Positions 9,815 to 26,274 of a DNA stretch of 64,000 nucleotides are shown here, piece after piece (position 1 is the stretch's first letter; every line of letters starts with the position of its first letter). The position numbers and the translations under genes were made by a program. The notes beneath the pieces were generated by a model. It searched no databases, had not been told where the DNA came from, and saw only the letters and a list, made by a program, of their open reading frames with translations. Where the stretch lies: the NCBI GenBank assembly GCA_963817235.1, contig CAWFNS010000001.1, positions 74,951 through 138,950 on the forward strand. The letters are read 5' to 3'. Source of the stretch: an uncultured Actinomycetes bacterium (GTDB lineage: Bacteria; Actinomycetota; UBA4738; HRBIN12).

Positions 9815-12190
9815 GGATCCCGCTCGCCTGGGTGCGGGAGTTCGCCCCGACGGACATGGAGGCGGATGCGCTCGCGGAGCTCATCACGCGCCGCGGGGTG
9901 AAGGTCGAGGGTGTCCTGCGGCCGTGGGACGGGCTCGAGGGCGTCATCGTCGCGCGGGTGCTGGACGTCCGCGATCACCCGAACTCCGAGAAGCTCTGCC
10001 TCTCGCGGATCGCGTACGGCTCTGGCGAGAGCGAGGTCGTCGTCGGCGTGCGGAACATGGCCGCCGGCGACCTCGTCCCGTGGGCCCCGCCGGGCGCGCG
10101 CGTCCCCGTCCTCGACGAGGCGCTCGCGGTCCGAGCGGTTCGCGGCGTGGATTCCAACGGCATGCTCTGCTCGCCGCGTGAGCTGGCGATCAGTCAGGAT
10201 CACGGCGGCATCCTGCTCCTGAACGACGAGGGGTTCGAGGTCGGCACCGACCTGAAGTCGGCGCTCGGGCTCGGCGAGCCGGTGTTCGACATCGAGGTCG
10301 AGCCGAACCGACCCGACTTCCTGAGCATCTACGGCGTCGCGCGCGAGGTGGCCGCCGCGACCGGTGTGCCGCTCGCCGAGCCCGACCTCTCGGTGGCGGA
10401 GACCGCCGAGGAGGCGGCCGGCGTCGCCACGATCCGGCTCGATGCCCCCGACGGCTGTCCGCGCTACCTGGCGCGCGTGCTCCGCGGGGTCGGTCACCGC
10501 CCTTCCCCGCTGCGGGCGCAGGCGAGGCTGACCGCCTGCGGGATGCGGCCGATCGAAGCGATCGTCGACGCCACGAACTACGCGATGCTCGAGCTCGGCC
10601 AGCCCCTCCACGGCTTCGATCTCGACCGGCTCGCCGGTCCGGGGATCGTGGTCCGGCGGGCGCTCGAGGGCGAGCGTCTCGTGACGCTCGACGAGGTCGA
10701 GCGGACCTTCACCTCGTCGGATCTGCTGATCTGCGACGTCGAGACAGCCCGTCGCGATCGCCGGCATCATGGGGGGACGGACCTCGGAGGTGTCGGCGTC
10801 GACCTCCTCCGTCCTGCTCGAGAGCGCGTACTTCACGCGGGGCGGCGTCCTGATGACCGCGCGACGGCTCGAGCTGCACACGGAGGCCTCGCATCGTTTC
10901 GAACGCGGCACCGACCCCGAGGGGCTCGAGGCCGGCGCGACGCGATGCGCGTCCCTGATCGCCGCGTGGGCGGGTGGCGAGGTCCTCACCGGTGTCGCGA
11001 GCGCCGGCGAGGCGCCGGTCAGGCGCTGGGTCTCGATGCGGCCCTCGCGCGCGACCGCGCTCCTCGGCTATCGCGGTCGCACCCCCCGACGCGGAGGAGG
11101 TCTTCCGCGTGCTCGGGATGCGCACCCGGACCGACGGCGACGCGATCGACGTCGAGGTCCCCGGCTACCGGACCGACATCGAACACGAGGTCGACCTCAT
11201 CGAAGAGGTCGTGCGGATCCAGGGCTACGACCGGGTGGGCTCCCGGCTGCGTGCGCTCGGTCCATCCCGGCGGGCTCCCGGAGCCGTACGCGTTCGCCCG
11301 CCGCGCGAAGGACGCGATGCTGCGTGTCGGGCTCCGCGAGATCAGGCCGGCGCCGTTCAGCTCGGCCGAGGACCTCGCGCTGTTCGACGATCGTGACGCG
11401 ATCCCGATCGCGAATCCACTCCGGGCCGAGGAAGGGTTCCTGCGGACGCGCCTGACCCCCGGCCTGCTGCGCGCCGTGGCGAGCAACCAAGCCCGCGGGG
11501 TCGATCGGATCGCGATCTTCGAGGTCGGGACCACGTTCCGGCTGGCGGACCCGTTCGAGGAACATCGCAAGGCCGGGTTCGCGCTCGCCGGACCGGCGGG
11601 CGACGGCTGGGCGGGCGAGCGACGGTCCTTCGACGTCTTGGACGCGCGAGGGACGCTGGAGGCGGTCCTGGGCGAGCTCGGCGTGCTCGACTGGTCCCTC
11701 GGCGATCCTGTCGGGCCGCCGTTCCACCCGGGGCGCTCGGCGAGCGTGCTGTTCGGGGGTACGGCCGGCGGCGTGCTCGGCGAGATCCACCCGCGGGTGG
11801 CGGAGCAGCTCGAGATCGGCGGACGGGTCGCCGTCGCGGTCGTCGGACTGGCCTCGTTGCGGCGTGGGATGGGCGGGACCCTCGTCACGGGCGCCGTTCC
11901 CCGCTTCCCTCCGGTCCGCCGCGACCTGGCCTTCATCGTCGGCGGAGGACGTGCCGGCCGGCACGGTCGCGGCCGCGATCCGGGATGCCGGCGGCGACCT
12001 GCTGGCCAGCAGCACGTTGTTCGACGTCTTCCGGGGCGGCTCGCTCCCGGCCGGCAGCAAGAGCCTCGCGTACGCCCTCGAGTTCCGGGCCGCCGAACGG
12101 ACGCTGACCGACGACGAAGCCCAGGCGGCGGTCGACACGATCGTCGAACGCCTCCGATCCGACGTCGGCGCCGAGCTCCGCGCCGGCTGA
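9811..12190 (+). CDS. pheT: phenylalanine--tRNA ligase beta subunit, reading frame broken by four apparent single-base indels (~10750, ~11075, ~11250, ~11940)
   Basis: [13 protein letters not shown]... continuous PheT homology recovered by switching frames: ...LICDVETA | [16 protein letters not shown]...[13 protein letters not shown] | [16 protein letters not shown]...IQGYDRVGS | [18 protein letters not shown]...RRDLAFIVG | [31 protein letters not shown]...ELRAG*. Confidence 0.8.
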
Positions 12191-12240
12191 CCGGACGTGG
12201 TTCGACCCGGGAAGGGCGCGCCACTACACTCCCGCGGCAC

Positions 12241-13161
12241 GTGGCACGCGACTATCTCTCCGTCGACGACCTGCGCTCCTCCGAGCTCCTGCACGTCCTG
12301 GATCTCGCGGCGAAGCTGAAGGCCGATCCTTCGCTGTTCGCCGGTGCCCTCACCGGCCGGTCGATCGCGCTGATCTTCGAGAAGCCCTCGACGCGCACGC
12401 GGGTCTCCTTCGAGGTCGGCATCGAACAGCTCGGCGCGCACGCGGTCGTCCTGGCCTCCACCGAGCTCCAGCTGGGCCGCGGCGAGACGATCGAGGACAC
12501 GGGTCGGGTGTTGTCCCGCTACGTCGATGCGATCGTCCTTCGGACGTTCGAACAGGAACGGCTCGAGGTGCTCGCCGGCGCCGCCGACGTGCCGGTCGTG
12601 AACTCGCTCTCGGACTTCGAGCATCCGTGCCAGGCGCTCGCGGATCTCCTCACGATCCGCGAGCGCGTCGGCTCGCTCGAAGGGACCGTGCTCACGTACC
12701 TCGGCGACGGCAACAACGTCGCGCATTCCCTCCTGCTCGCGGGCGCGAAGACCGGGATGTCGGTGCGCGTGGCGACGCCCACCGGCTTCGAGCCGATCCC
12801 GCTCGTCGTGCATCGGGCCGCCGAGATCGCGGTCGAGACGGGCGGTTCGGTCGAGACGAGCACCGATCCGCGCGCGGCGGCCACCGGCGCGAACGTCCTG
12901 TACACCGACGTCTGGGCGAGCATGGGTCAGGAGGAGGAGGCGGACGAGCGCGCGCTCGTGTTCCGACCCTTCCAGGTGAACCGGGATCTGGTGGCGCTGG
13001 CCGATCCGTCCGTGGTCGTCCTGCACTGCCTCCCGGCTCACCGGGGAGACGAGATCACCGACGACGTGATCGACGGCCCGTCGGCGGCGGTGTGGGATCA
13101 GGCCGAGAACCGCGTGCACACCCAGAAGGCGCTGCTCCTGTTCCTGCTCGGCCTGGCCTGA
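12241..13161 (+). CDS. argF: ornithine carbamoyltransferase
   Basis: [11 protein letters not shown] (carbamoyl-P binding STRTR), ...[14 protein letters not shown]...[11 protein letters not shown]...[11 protein letters not shown]; GTG start. Confidence 0.85.
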   Translation: MARDYLSVDDLRSSELLHVLDLAAKLKADPSLFAGALTGRSIALIFEKPSTRTRVSFEVGIEQLGAHAVVLASTELQLGRGETIEDTGRVLSRYVDAIVLRTFEQERLEVLAGAADVPVVNSLSDFEHPCQALADLLTIRERVGSLEGTVLTYLGDGNNVAHSLLLAGAKTGMSVRVATPTGFEPIPLVVHRAAEIAVETGGSVETSTDPRAAATGANVLYTDVWASMGQEEEADERALVFRPFQVNRDLVALADPSVVVLHCLPAHRGDEITDDVIDGPSAAVWDQAENRVHTQKALLLFLLGLA

Positions 13162-13162
13162 C

Positions 13163-13846
13163 GTGGGCCGCCGGCTCCCGCGGTCCTTCTTCCGGCGGTC
13201 GTCGCTGCTCGTCGCCCCGGCGTTGCTCGGGACCGACGTCGTCCGCCTCCTGCCCGACGGGACGTCCCTGCGGGCCAGGATCGTGGAGACGGAGGCCTAC
13301 GAACCCGACGATCCCGCGAGCCACGCGTTCCGGGGGCCGACGGCCCGCAACGCGGTCATGTTCGGGCCACCCGGACACCTCTACGTGTACCTCGCCTACG
13401 GCGTGCACCACTGCATGAACATCGTCTGCGCCGCCGAGGGGGTCGCGAGCGCGGTCCTGCTGCGCGCGGCGGAACCGCTCGAGGGCCTCGAGGCGATGCA
13501 GGAGCGTCGCGGCGCCGTGCCGGCGCGCGATCTCTGCCGCGGGCCGGGCCGCTGGACCCAGGCGTTCGCGGTCGACCGTGCGCTCGACGGGACCGACGTC
13601 GTGGGCGGGCGGGACCTGTGGCTCGAACGCGGCGTCGCAACGCCGTCGCATCGGATCGTGGCCGGCCCGCGGATCGGGCTCACGTCGGCCGCCGACCGTC
13701 CCTGGCGCTTCTGCGTGGCGGAGAGCCGCTTCCTGTCACGGCCCGCCGGCGGCGCTCAGCCGCCCGCGGTCTTCGGCGGCTTCGAGATCGTCACGGTGAT
13801 CGTGCTCGTCTGGAACTCGGCGAGCCCGCCGCCGGGGGTCTGGTAG
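13163..13846 (+). CDS. mpg: DNA-3-methyladenine glycosylase (Mpg/AAG family)
   Basis: GRIVETEAYEPDDPASHAFRGPTARNAVMFGPPGHLYVYLAYGVHHCMNIV; 3' end overlaps the convergent PBP gene. Confidence 0.8.
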   Translation: MGRRLPRSFFRRSSLLVAPALLGTDVVRLLPDGTSLRARIVETEAYEPDDPASHAFRGPTARNAVMFGPPGHLYVYLAYGVHHCMNIVCAAEGVASAVLLRAAEPLEGLEAMQERRGAVPARDLCRGPGRWTQAFAVDRALDGTDVVGGRDLWLERGVATPSHRIVAGPRIGLTSAADRPWRFCVAESRFLSRPAGGAQPPAVFGGFEIVTVIVLVWNSASPPPGVW

Positions 13847-15987
13847 ATCACGGTGCCCGCCGGTTGCGTCGACGACGCGAGCGCGATCCGGACGTAGAAC
13901 CCGGCTCCCTCCAGCGTCGAGGTCGCGTCCTGCTGGGAGAAGCCGACGACCGACGGCACGAGGACCTTCTGCAGCGAGGTCGGCGTCGCGCACACGGTGG
14001 TCGGCGCCGTGCCGGCGATGAAATGCAGGACCTCGACGTGCTGCGGCAACGTGTACGCGTTCGGCAGGCAGTAGGGGTCCTGCGTCACGTCGACCGCGAT
14101 CGAGGTGTAGCGCACGTCCGGGGTCGGGAAGGGCTCCGCCGCCAGCGCCGCCGTGGCCTTCAGCATGAGCAGACGCCAGATCTGCGCCGGCCAGATCCCG
14201 CCGAACACCGTCAACCTCGTCCGCGGCGGCTCCATCGGGATCTGTCCCTGATGGAAGCCGACCCACACGGCCGCGGTCAGCTGGGGGACGGAGCCGATGA
14301 ACCATGCGTTGTCGTGGTTGTCGTCGGTCCCCGTCTTCCCGATCTGCGGCCGCCCGATGTTCGCGGCCGTGCCGGTGCCGTAGAGCACGACGTCCTGCAG
14401 GATGTCGTCGGCCGCCGAGGCGATCTGCGGGTCGATCACCTGTTGCGGCTTGGGATCGGCCTGCCACAGCACGTTGCCGTCGGCGTCGCTGACCGTCACC
14501 GCGGGCACGGGGTCGACGTGGCGGCCGCCGGTGGCGAGCGTTCCGTAGGCGCTCGCCATCTCGAGCGTGTTCGCTTCGTTCGAGCCGAGCACCGCGGACA
14601 TCAGGGGACGGAGCGGCGTCGTCGGCTCCGAGACGTTCGTGCAGCAGCGCATGCCCATCCGCTCCGCGGTCTCCACGACCGTCTGCGGGGTGAGGCGCTC
14701 GATCACCTGGGCGTACACGGTGTTGACGGAGTCCACCGTCGCCGAGCGCAGGCTCATCGCGCCGTAGCCGTTCCCCTCGGCGTTCGTGACGTGCCAGATC
14801 CCGCCGCCGGGCAGCGGGATGTCGATCGAGGCGGGCGCCGCGAAGACGGTGTCGGGCGAGATGCCGTGCTCGAGCGCCGCGACGAGCGCGAACGCCTTGA
14901 ACGCCGATCCCGTCTGCCGGCCGGACCCACCCATCCCCGTGGCCAGGTTGACGCGCCCGGCGGCGTCGTTCGCCCAGTAGTGCGCATCGTCGCCGCCGAC
15001 CATCGCGCGGACGTACCCCGTGCGCGGATCGAGCACCGTGACCGCCGCGTCGGGGTCGGTGGGGTAGGCGAGCACGCTCGAGACGGCGTCCTGCGCCGCC
15101 GACTGTACGGCCGGGTCGAGCGTCGTCGTGATCCGGAGCCCGCCGGTGAACAGCAGCCGGTAGCGGTCGTCGTACGTCGCGCCGAACGCCGGGTTCGACA
15201 GGAACCACTGCTTGAAGTAGTCGACGAAGTACGGGTACGGATAGCGGTCGCCGGTCGTGTCGGCGCGGAGCGTGATCTTCTCCTGCAGTGCGGCGCGCTG
15301 GCGCCCTCGCGGGATCATGCCCTGCTGCAGCATCAGGCGCAGGACGACGTTGCGACGTCCGAGCGCCGATCGAGGTCGGGCGTACGGATCGAAATGGTTC
15401 GGCGCGGTGATGAGCCCGGCCAGCATCGCCGACTGCGCGAGCGTGAGGTCGGCGGCGTCGATGCCGAAGTAGGTCCGGGCGGCGGCCTGCACGCCATAGG
15501 CCCCTTCGCCGAAGTAGACGGTGTTCAGGTAGGCGGTCAGGATCTGCTGCTTCGTGAGCTGGTTCTCCATCTGCCACGCGAGGGCCGCTTCGTCCAGCTT
15601 CCGCTGGAAGCTCTGCTGGTCGCCGGTGTAGAGGTTCTTCACCAGCTGCTGGGTGATGGTCGAACCGCCCTCGACGATGTGTCCGGTCCGCAGGTCGTTG
15701 ATCGCCGCGCGGAGGATCGCTTCGGGATCGACGCCGTGGTGGTCGAAGAACCGACGGTCCTCGATCGCCACGACGGCGTTGCGCACATCGTTCGTCATCT
15801 GGCTCCGGCTGAGCACGACGCGGTTCTCGCGCGCGTGCAGGGTGGTGATCAGGGAGCCGTCGGCCGCGTACAGGAAGGAGGTCTGCGCCAACGCGCGCGG
15901 GTGCAGCTCGTCGAGTCGCGGCACGCTGCAGCTGGCCGCGACACCGAGCACGATGAGCAGGGCGATCGGCCCCCGGACCTTTCGCAT
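13756..15987 (-). CDS. ponA: class A penicillin-binding protein (glycosyltransferase GT51 + transpeptidase, C-terminal PASTA-like domain)
   Basis: 743 aa; signal/TM start, EDRRFFDHHGVD, GGSTITQQL (GT51), SGSAFKAF (SxxK), SVN, KTGT (transpeptidase). Confidence 0.85.
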   Translation of the reverse strand: MRKVRGPIALLIVLGVAASCSVPRLDELHPRALAQTSFLYAADGSLITTLHARENRVVLSRSQMTNDVRNAVVAIEDRRFFDHHGVDPEAILRAAINDLRTGHIVEGGSTITQQLVKNLYTGDQQSFQRKLDEAALAWQMENQLTKQQILTAYLNTVYFGEGAYGVQAAARTYFGIDAADLTLAQSAMLAGLITAPNHFDPYARPRSALGRRNVVLRLMLQQGMIPRGRQRAALQEKITLRADTTGDRYPYPYFVDYFKQWFLSNPAFGATYDDRYRLLFTGGLRITTTLDPAVQSAAQDAVSSVLAYPTDPDAAVTVLDPRTGYVRAMVGGDDAHYWANDAAGRVNLATGMGGSGRQTGSAFKAFALVAALEHGISPDTVFAAPASIDIPLPGGGIWHVTNAEGNGYGAMSLRSATVDSVNTVYAQVIERLTPQTVVETAERMGMRCCTNVSEPTTPLRPLMSAVLGSNEANTLEMASAYGTLATGGRHVDPVPAVTVSDADGNVLWQADPKPQQVIDPQIASAADDILQDVVLYGTGTAANIGRPQIGKTGTDDNHDNAWFIGSVPQLTAAVWVGFHQGQIPMEPPRTRLTVFGGIWPAQIWRLLMLKATAALAAEPFPTPDVRYTSIAVDVTQDPYCLPNAYTLPQHVEVLHFIAGTAPTTVCATPTSLQKVLVPSVVGFSQQDATSTLEGAGFYVRIALASSTQPAGTVIYQTPGGGLAEFQTSTITVTISKPPKTAGG

Positions 15988-16039
15988 CCGGCCAGAAGCC
16001 TACCCCCGCGCCCCCGGCCGGCCCGGTAGCCACTGGTAG

Positions 16040-17293
<1,254 letters not shown>

Positions 17294-17312
17294 CCCACAA
17301 CGAGGGACCCGG

Positions 17313-17340
17313 TTGACGGGTCGGGGAAGGCTGCTACCAT
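17313..17340 (+). promoter_or_regulatory. candidate rRNA operon promoter (-35 TTGACG, 16-nt spacer, -10 TACCAT)
   Basis: GGTTGACGGGTCGGGGAAGGCTGCTACCAT about 270 nt upstream of 16S; no other gene between tyrS and 16S. Confidence 0.4.
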
Positions 17341-17612
17341 ACGTCGGCGCGGCCCCACCGCGTTGTCCATCTCGACTCCCGGTGGGTCAAGCGTGTCCGC
17401 TCGCACCTTGAGAACTGAACAGCGTGTGAAGCCAGTGACCTCGTCACGAACGGGGCATGATTCCATGCCCTGCTCATGGCGACCGTACACATGAACCGCC
17501 TCAGAACCTTGGGGCGGGTCGGGAGGTCGTTCGAAGGTGCCTCTTCGAGCGGCCGACCTCCACATAGAAAGCGAAGCCGGCCTTTCGGGGCCGGATGAGC
17601 GATCTCTACGGA

Positions 17613-19132
<1,520 letters not shown>

Positions 19133-19302
19133 AGCCGTTGGCACTCCGGCACGAACGGCATCGTCCGTTCGGTCGGGAGACTCCAGGTCGATCACTGGTT
19201 GTCCGTTCCGCGCTTCGGCGCGGGCCGGCACACGCTGTTCAGCTTTGAGGGTGCGAGCCCTCGGGCACCTTGAGAACTCGATAGCGAGCGCGAGCATCTA
19301 CA

Positions 19303-22400
<3,098 letters not shown>

Positions 22401-22485
22401 ACTCCTTTGCTCGCGCTCGCTATCGCGGTTCTCGAGGTTGCTCGAGGGCTGCGCCCTCAAGATCGTCCGATATCGGACACCAGGT

Positions 22486-22602
22486 TTCGGTGGCCATGGC
22501 GGAGGGGGAACACCCGGTCCCATCCCGAACCCGGAAGTTAAGCCCTCCAGCGCCGATGGTACTGCCCGGGAGACCGGGTGGGAGAGTAGGTCGCTGCCGA
22601 GA
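22486..22602 (+). rRNA. rrf: 5S ribosomal RNA
   Basis: GGTGGCCATGGCGGAGGGGGAACACCCGGTCCCATCCCGAACCCGGAAGTTAAGCC...GGGAGAGTAGGTCGCTGCCGAG. Confidence 0.9.
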
Positions 22603-22611
22603 CATCGTGGA

Positions 22612-22645
22612 ACGGGCCGCCCTGCAAGGGGCGGCCCGTTCGCAT
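22612..22645 (+). terminator. rRNA operon terminator hairpin (11-bp GC stem ACGGGCCGCCC/GGGCGGCCCGT, loop TGCAAG, then T-containing tail)
   Basis: Perfect inverted repeat directly 3' of 5S rRNA. Confidence 0.6.
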
Positions 22646-22662
22646 TCCGTTACCCTCCGACC

Positions 22663-23355
22663 ATGCCCAAGTCGTTGCAGCCGCGCGCCGGGCACCGACC
22701 GCGCGGCACCCCTTCCAAGCAGGCCGATCTGCCGCCCGATGTCCTGGACGAGGTGCGTCGCAGCACGAAGCCCACGGCGCAGCGCGACGCGATCTCGCGC
22801 CTGTCCCGCGCGATCGAGCTGCTCGACCGCGACGACGCCGGCGCGGCCGTCACCGAGGCCGAGAAAGCGAAGGCGCTCTCGCCGCGCTCGTCGTCGGTCC
22901 GCGAGGTGTTGGGCCTCGCGCTCTACGGCGCCGGCCGGTGGAAAGAGTCGCTGAACGAGCTGAAGACGTACCGTCGCATCTCGGGGCGCAACGACCACAA
23001 CCACGTGATGGCCGATTGCCTGCGGGCGCTCGGCAGACCCGAGGAGGCGGTGCCGCTCGCGGAGGACGCGCTGCACGACCGGACGGTCCCGAACGAGGCG
23101 AAGGCGGAGGCCGTCGTGGTGGCCGCCTCCGCGCTGGCCGATCAGGGACGCTATCCGGAGGCGCTCGCGTTCCTCGGGCGTGCGAAGACGCGACCCGATC
23201 TGGCCGAGCCCTACACGCTGCGACTGTGGTACGTCCGGGGCGACGTGCTGGCGAAGGCGGGGCGCCGCGACGAAGCGGCGGCGGAGTTCCGCAAGATCGT
23301 GCGCCACGACGCGTCCGCCTTCGACGCGGCCGAGCGGCTCGCGGAGCTCAGCTGA
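22663..23355 (+). CDS. TPR-repeat protein
   Basis: 230 aa; repeated A/L/Y-rich 34-residue units (LGLALYGAGRWKESLNEL..., EALAFLGRA...). Confidence 0.6.
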   Translation: MPKSLQPRAGHRPRGTPSKQADLPPDVLDEVRRSTKPTAQRDAISRLSRAIELLDRDDAGAAVTEAEKAKALSPRSSSVREVLGLALYGAGRWKESLNELKTYRRISGRNDHNHVMADCLRALGRPEEAVPLAEDALHDRTVPNEAKAEAVVVAASALADQGRYPEALAFLGRAKTRPDLAEPYTLRLWYVRGDVLAKAGRRDEAAAEFRKIVRHDASAFDAAERLAELS

Positions 23356-24259
23356 GCGACGCCGCCTCCCCCTCCCATCGCTTCCGCCAGTAGCGGGCGA
23401 GCCCGTCCGCGTTCATCCGGATCGACCCGATCGCGTCGTAGCGGCCCAGGTCGAACGGCGAGCCCGAATCCGCTTCGTACTCCTCGCGCGCCTGTGCGCG
23501 CAGCAGCGACTCGAGGTGGTCGCCGTCGGCGGTCGGCTCGTCCTCGAGGGCTGCCCGTACCGTCGAGGCCCACGAGAGGATCCTCGACGCGCCGCGATCG
23601 AACCTGCCTCGTGCGGATCCGCGCACCGCGACCGAAGTGCGAGGTGAGGAGGACGCTCGGGCGACGTTCGCGCATGCGCGCGATGCTCGTCGATCGCGCG
23701 CCTCGACGTCCGCCTCCGGCGGCGGCATCGCCGGCCGGTAGCAATCGGCCCACGGGAGGTGGGAGCCGATCGCCTCGCCGGTGAACAGCGCGCCGCTCGA
23801 AGGTCTCGTGCAGCGCAACGTGATGCGAGGCATGGCCCGGGGTGTGCAGCACGTCGAGTGCTCGGTCGCCAGATCGCGATCCGCTCGCCGTCGACGACGA
23901 ACGGCACACGGTCCTCGTGCGCACGGGCAGCGTCGTCCCGTAGAACCGGCGCATGCGCTCGACCCCGTACGTCCTGCGCCGTGCTGGCGACAGCCGCGTC
24001 GGATCGACGAGGTGCGGCGCGCCCCGCTCGTGCACCCAGACCGTCGCGCGCGGGAAGCGCTCGAGGAGGGCGCCCGCGCCGCCCGCATGGTCGACGTGCA
24101 CGTGGGTCACGACGATGTGGGCCAGGTCGTCGGCGCCGACACCGAGCGGCACCGAGGGCGCGGTCACGGTCTCCACGTCGGCGCCGGGGCCCGCTTCGAC
24201 GAGGCATGGTTCGGCGACGCGATCAGGTAGACCGCGTTCAGCTCGCGCTGGCCCGTCAT
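23348..24259 (-). CDS. metallo-beta-lactamase-fold hydrolase, frame broken ~5 times
   Basis: MTGQRELNAVYLI / EPCLVEAGPGADVET...HIVVTHVHVDHAGGAGALLERFP (HxHxDH) / ALDVLHTPGHASHHVALHE / ALFTGEAIG / ...SVLLTSHFG / C-terminal ...DAIGSIRMNADGLARYWRKRWEGE, spread over three frames. Confidence 0.6.
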
Positions 24260-24452
24260 GCCGGTGTCGATCACACGTGATGCCGGGCGCCGCGTCGCCC
24301 GTCAGCGGCTCGAGGTGGGGCACGCGGCGAGTCTGGCACAGCGATGTCGTCGCCTGCCGCGAGCACATGCCGTCGGGCGACGGGGTCGCCAGGCTACAGC
24401 ACCTTCGTCCCCACGGCCTCGCCACCCCTAGCTACTCGGTAGCGTTGTCCCG

Positions 24453-24910
24453 ATGTCGAGGATCTTGGTGACCGGGATGTCGGGAACCGGCAAGTCGTCG
24501 GCGCGCGTACGTTGAGTCCTCCGACGAGGTGCACCGCGGGGAGTGGCTCTGGGTCGAGGAAAGGATCACCGGGCTGCTGGACTCGGATGATGGTCGCTCG
24601 CTCTTCGTTGAAGGGTGCGTGAGGAACCAGTCGAAGTTCTACGACCGTTTCAGCGCGGTCGTCCTGCTCAGCGCCCCCTGCCGACGTGATCCTTGACCGG
24701 ATCGCGCGCAGAACGACGAACAGCTACGGCAAGACTGCAGTGGAACGAGCGATGATCTTGGATGACCTCGCCAGCGTCGAGCCGCTCCTCAGGGAGGGCT
24801 GCACGCATGAGCTGGATGCCGGCCGACCGCTCGACGAGGTCGTCGCCGACCTGATCGCGATCGCGTCGCGCTCGATGACGAGGTCTTGGGCCGCCCCCGC
24901 CTTCGAGTGA
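24453..24910 (+). CDS. small AAA/P-loop ATPase (shikimate-kinase-like fold), 2-3 frameshifts
   Basis: MSRILVTGMSGTGKSS (Walker A) ... EWLWVEERITGLLDSDDGRSLFVEGCVRNQSKFYDRFSAVVLLSAP ... DVILDRIARRTTNSYGKTAVERAMILDDLASVEPLLREGCTHELDAGRPLDEVVADLIAIAS across frames. Confidence 0.55.
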
Positions 24911-25060
24911 CCTTCCCGAACACTCGCCCAGGTCGGCGTTTGCGCTCCGGCCAAACGGGGTTATCTAATCGAGGAGGGATGAGCGAGCCGCGCAACCCGT
25001 GGATCGGGCGCGCGACCTCATAGCGATCTGCCGTGATCTGCGCGAGAGGGAGGGACGGCA

Positions 25061-25831
25061 ATGGCTGAAGCTACCACCACCATCGTCGATGGACGCCACC
25101 GGTATCGACCCCAGGCGATCGGACGGGTCTTCGGCTGGTTCTTCCTCGCCACGTTCCTCACTTCCATCCCGGCGTACTTCATCGGCTACGCCAAGATGCT
25201 GGAGACCCCCAGCCTGATCACCGGGAACGGCGCTGATCCCTCCACGGGCATCGCGACCGGTGCCGCGCTGGAGGTCTTCCTCCTCATCGCCAACGTCGGC
25301 ACCGCCGTGGTGGCGTACCCGGTCCTGAAGCGCGAGAGCGAGATGGGAGCGATCGGCTATGTGTCGGCCCGTCTCGTCGAGGCCATGTTCATCGCCATCG
25401 GGATCGTCAGCGCCCTCGCGTTCCTGCTGATGCGGCAGGATGCCACGGCGGTCTCCACTCCGGCTCTCGGTGAGGCCTTCGTCGCGACCTACCGCCGAGC
25501 GTTCCTGGTCGGGCCCGGCTTCTTCGCAGGTCTCACGAACGGAGTGATCCTCGGGTACCTGATGTACCGATCTGAGCTGGTGCCGCGCCGGATGACGTGG
25601 CTGGGTCTGATCGGAGGTCCGCTCGTCATGATCACGGGCATCTTGGTCATGTACAACGCGATCGAGCGCGGCGGCGCGGTTCAAAGCATCGCGACGTTGC
25701 CTGAGGCCCTCTGGGAGCTGTTGCTCAGCATCTACTGCATCGTCAAAGGCTTCAGGCTCTCTTCACCCATCTTCAGCATGGATCCGGTGACGCTGCCCGA
25801 GTCAGACAGCGCTTCGCGCAACAAGGCCTAG
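25061..25831 (+). CDS. DUF4386-family integral membrane protein
   Basis: 256 aa, ~6 hydrophobic helices; locally lower GC than neighbours. Confidence 0.55.
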   Translation: MAEATTTIVDGRHRYRPQAIGRVFGWFFLATFLTSIPAYFIGYAKMLETPSLITGNGADPSTGIATGAALEVFLLIANVGTAVVAYPVLKRESEMGAIGYVSARLVEAMFIAIGIVSALAFLLMRQDATAVSTPALGEAFVATYRRAFLVGPGFFAGLTNGVILGYLMYRSELVPRRMTWLGLIGGPLVMITGILVMYNAIERGGAVQSIATLPEALWELLLSIYCIVKGFRLSSPIFSMDPVTLPESDSASRNKA

Positions 25832-25953
25832 GGCCTCGACGAAGGCCGCACATCCCGAGAGGCGCGAAGCAGTGCCGTGCCGGTAGGTGTGGGGATCCTT
25901 GCGGTGAGCGATGTCGTTGGCTGCCGCTAGCGTTGCCGTCGGAAGGAGGAGCC

Positions 25954-26274
25954 ATGGTCACGGTCAACGTCGTGGTCCTGGCGGGCAGCGTCGCGGCCGA
26001 TCCGGTCCAGCGCCGCATGCCGTCGGGCGATGAAGTGACCGAGCTCCGGCTCTCCGTTCCGGAGGCGGGCAAGCGCCTCCTCCCCCTCCCGGTCGCGGCG
26101 TGGCACGCCACGGTCGGCGCATCGGCACTCGAAGGGATCGCGAAGGGCGATCGGGTGCTGGTGCACGGGCAGCTCGTCCGGCGGTTCTACCGGAGCGGAG
26201 CCGGCGCCCGGAGTCTCACCGAGGTGGTCGCGTCGGGGATCAAGAAGCTGGAGGAACCCGCAGCGGTCGGGTGA
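25954..26274 (+). CDS. small OB-fold single-stranded-DNA-binding-like protein (no acidic C-terminal tail)
   Basis: MVTVNVVVLAGSVAADPVQRRMPSGDEVTELRLSV..., SSB-like N-terminal OB strand pattern; GGAAGGAGGA SD. Confidence 0.5.
   Translation: MVTVNVVVLAGSVAADPVQRRMPSGDEVTELRLSVPEAGKRLLPLPVAAWHATVGASALEGIAKGDRVLVHGQLVRRFYRSGAGARSLTEVVASGIKKLEEPAAVG

Noticed and set aside
11197-13119. 640-aa minus-strand ORF
   Set aside because: Antisense to pheT and argF; low-complexity translation.
13618-16029. 803-aa plus-strand ORF
   Set aside because: Antisense to the class A PBP, which has full GT51 and transpeptidase motifs on the minus strand.
24911-25060. Slightly AT-richer intergenic stretch before DUF4386 as a possible mobile-element boundary
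   Set aside because: No inverted or direct repeats, integrase or tRNA target nearby. It is probably just a promoter region.
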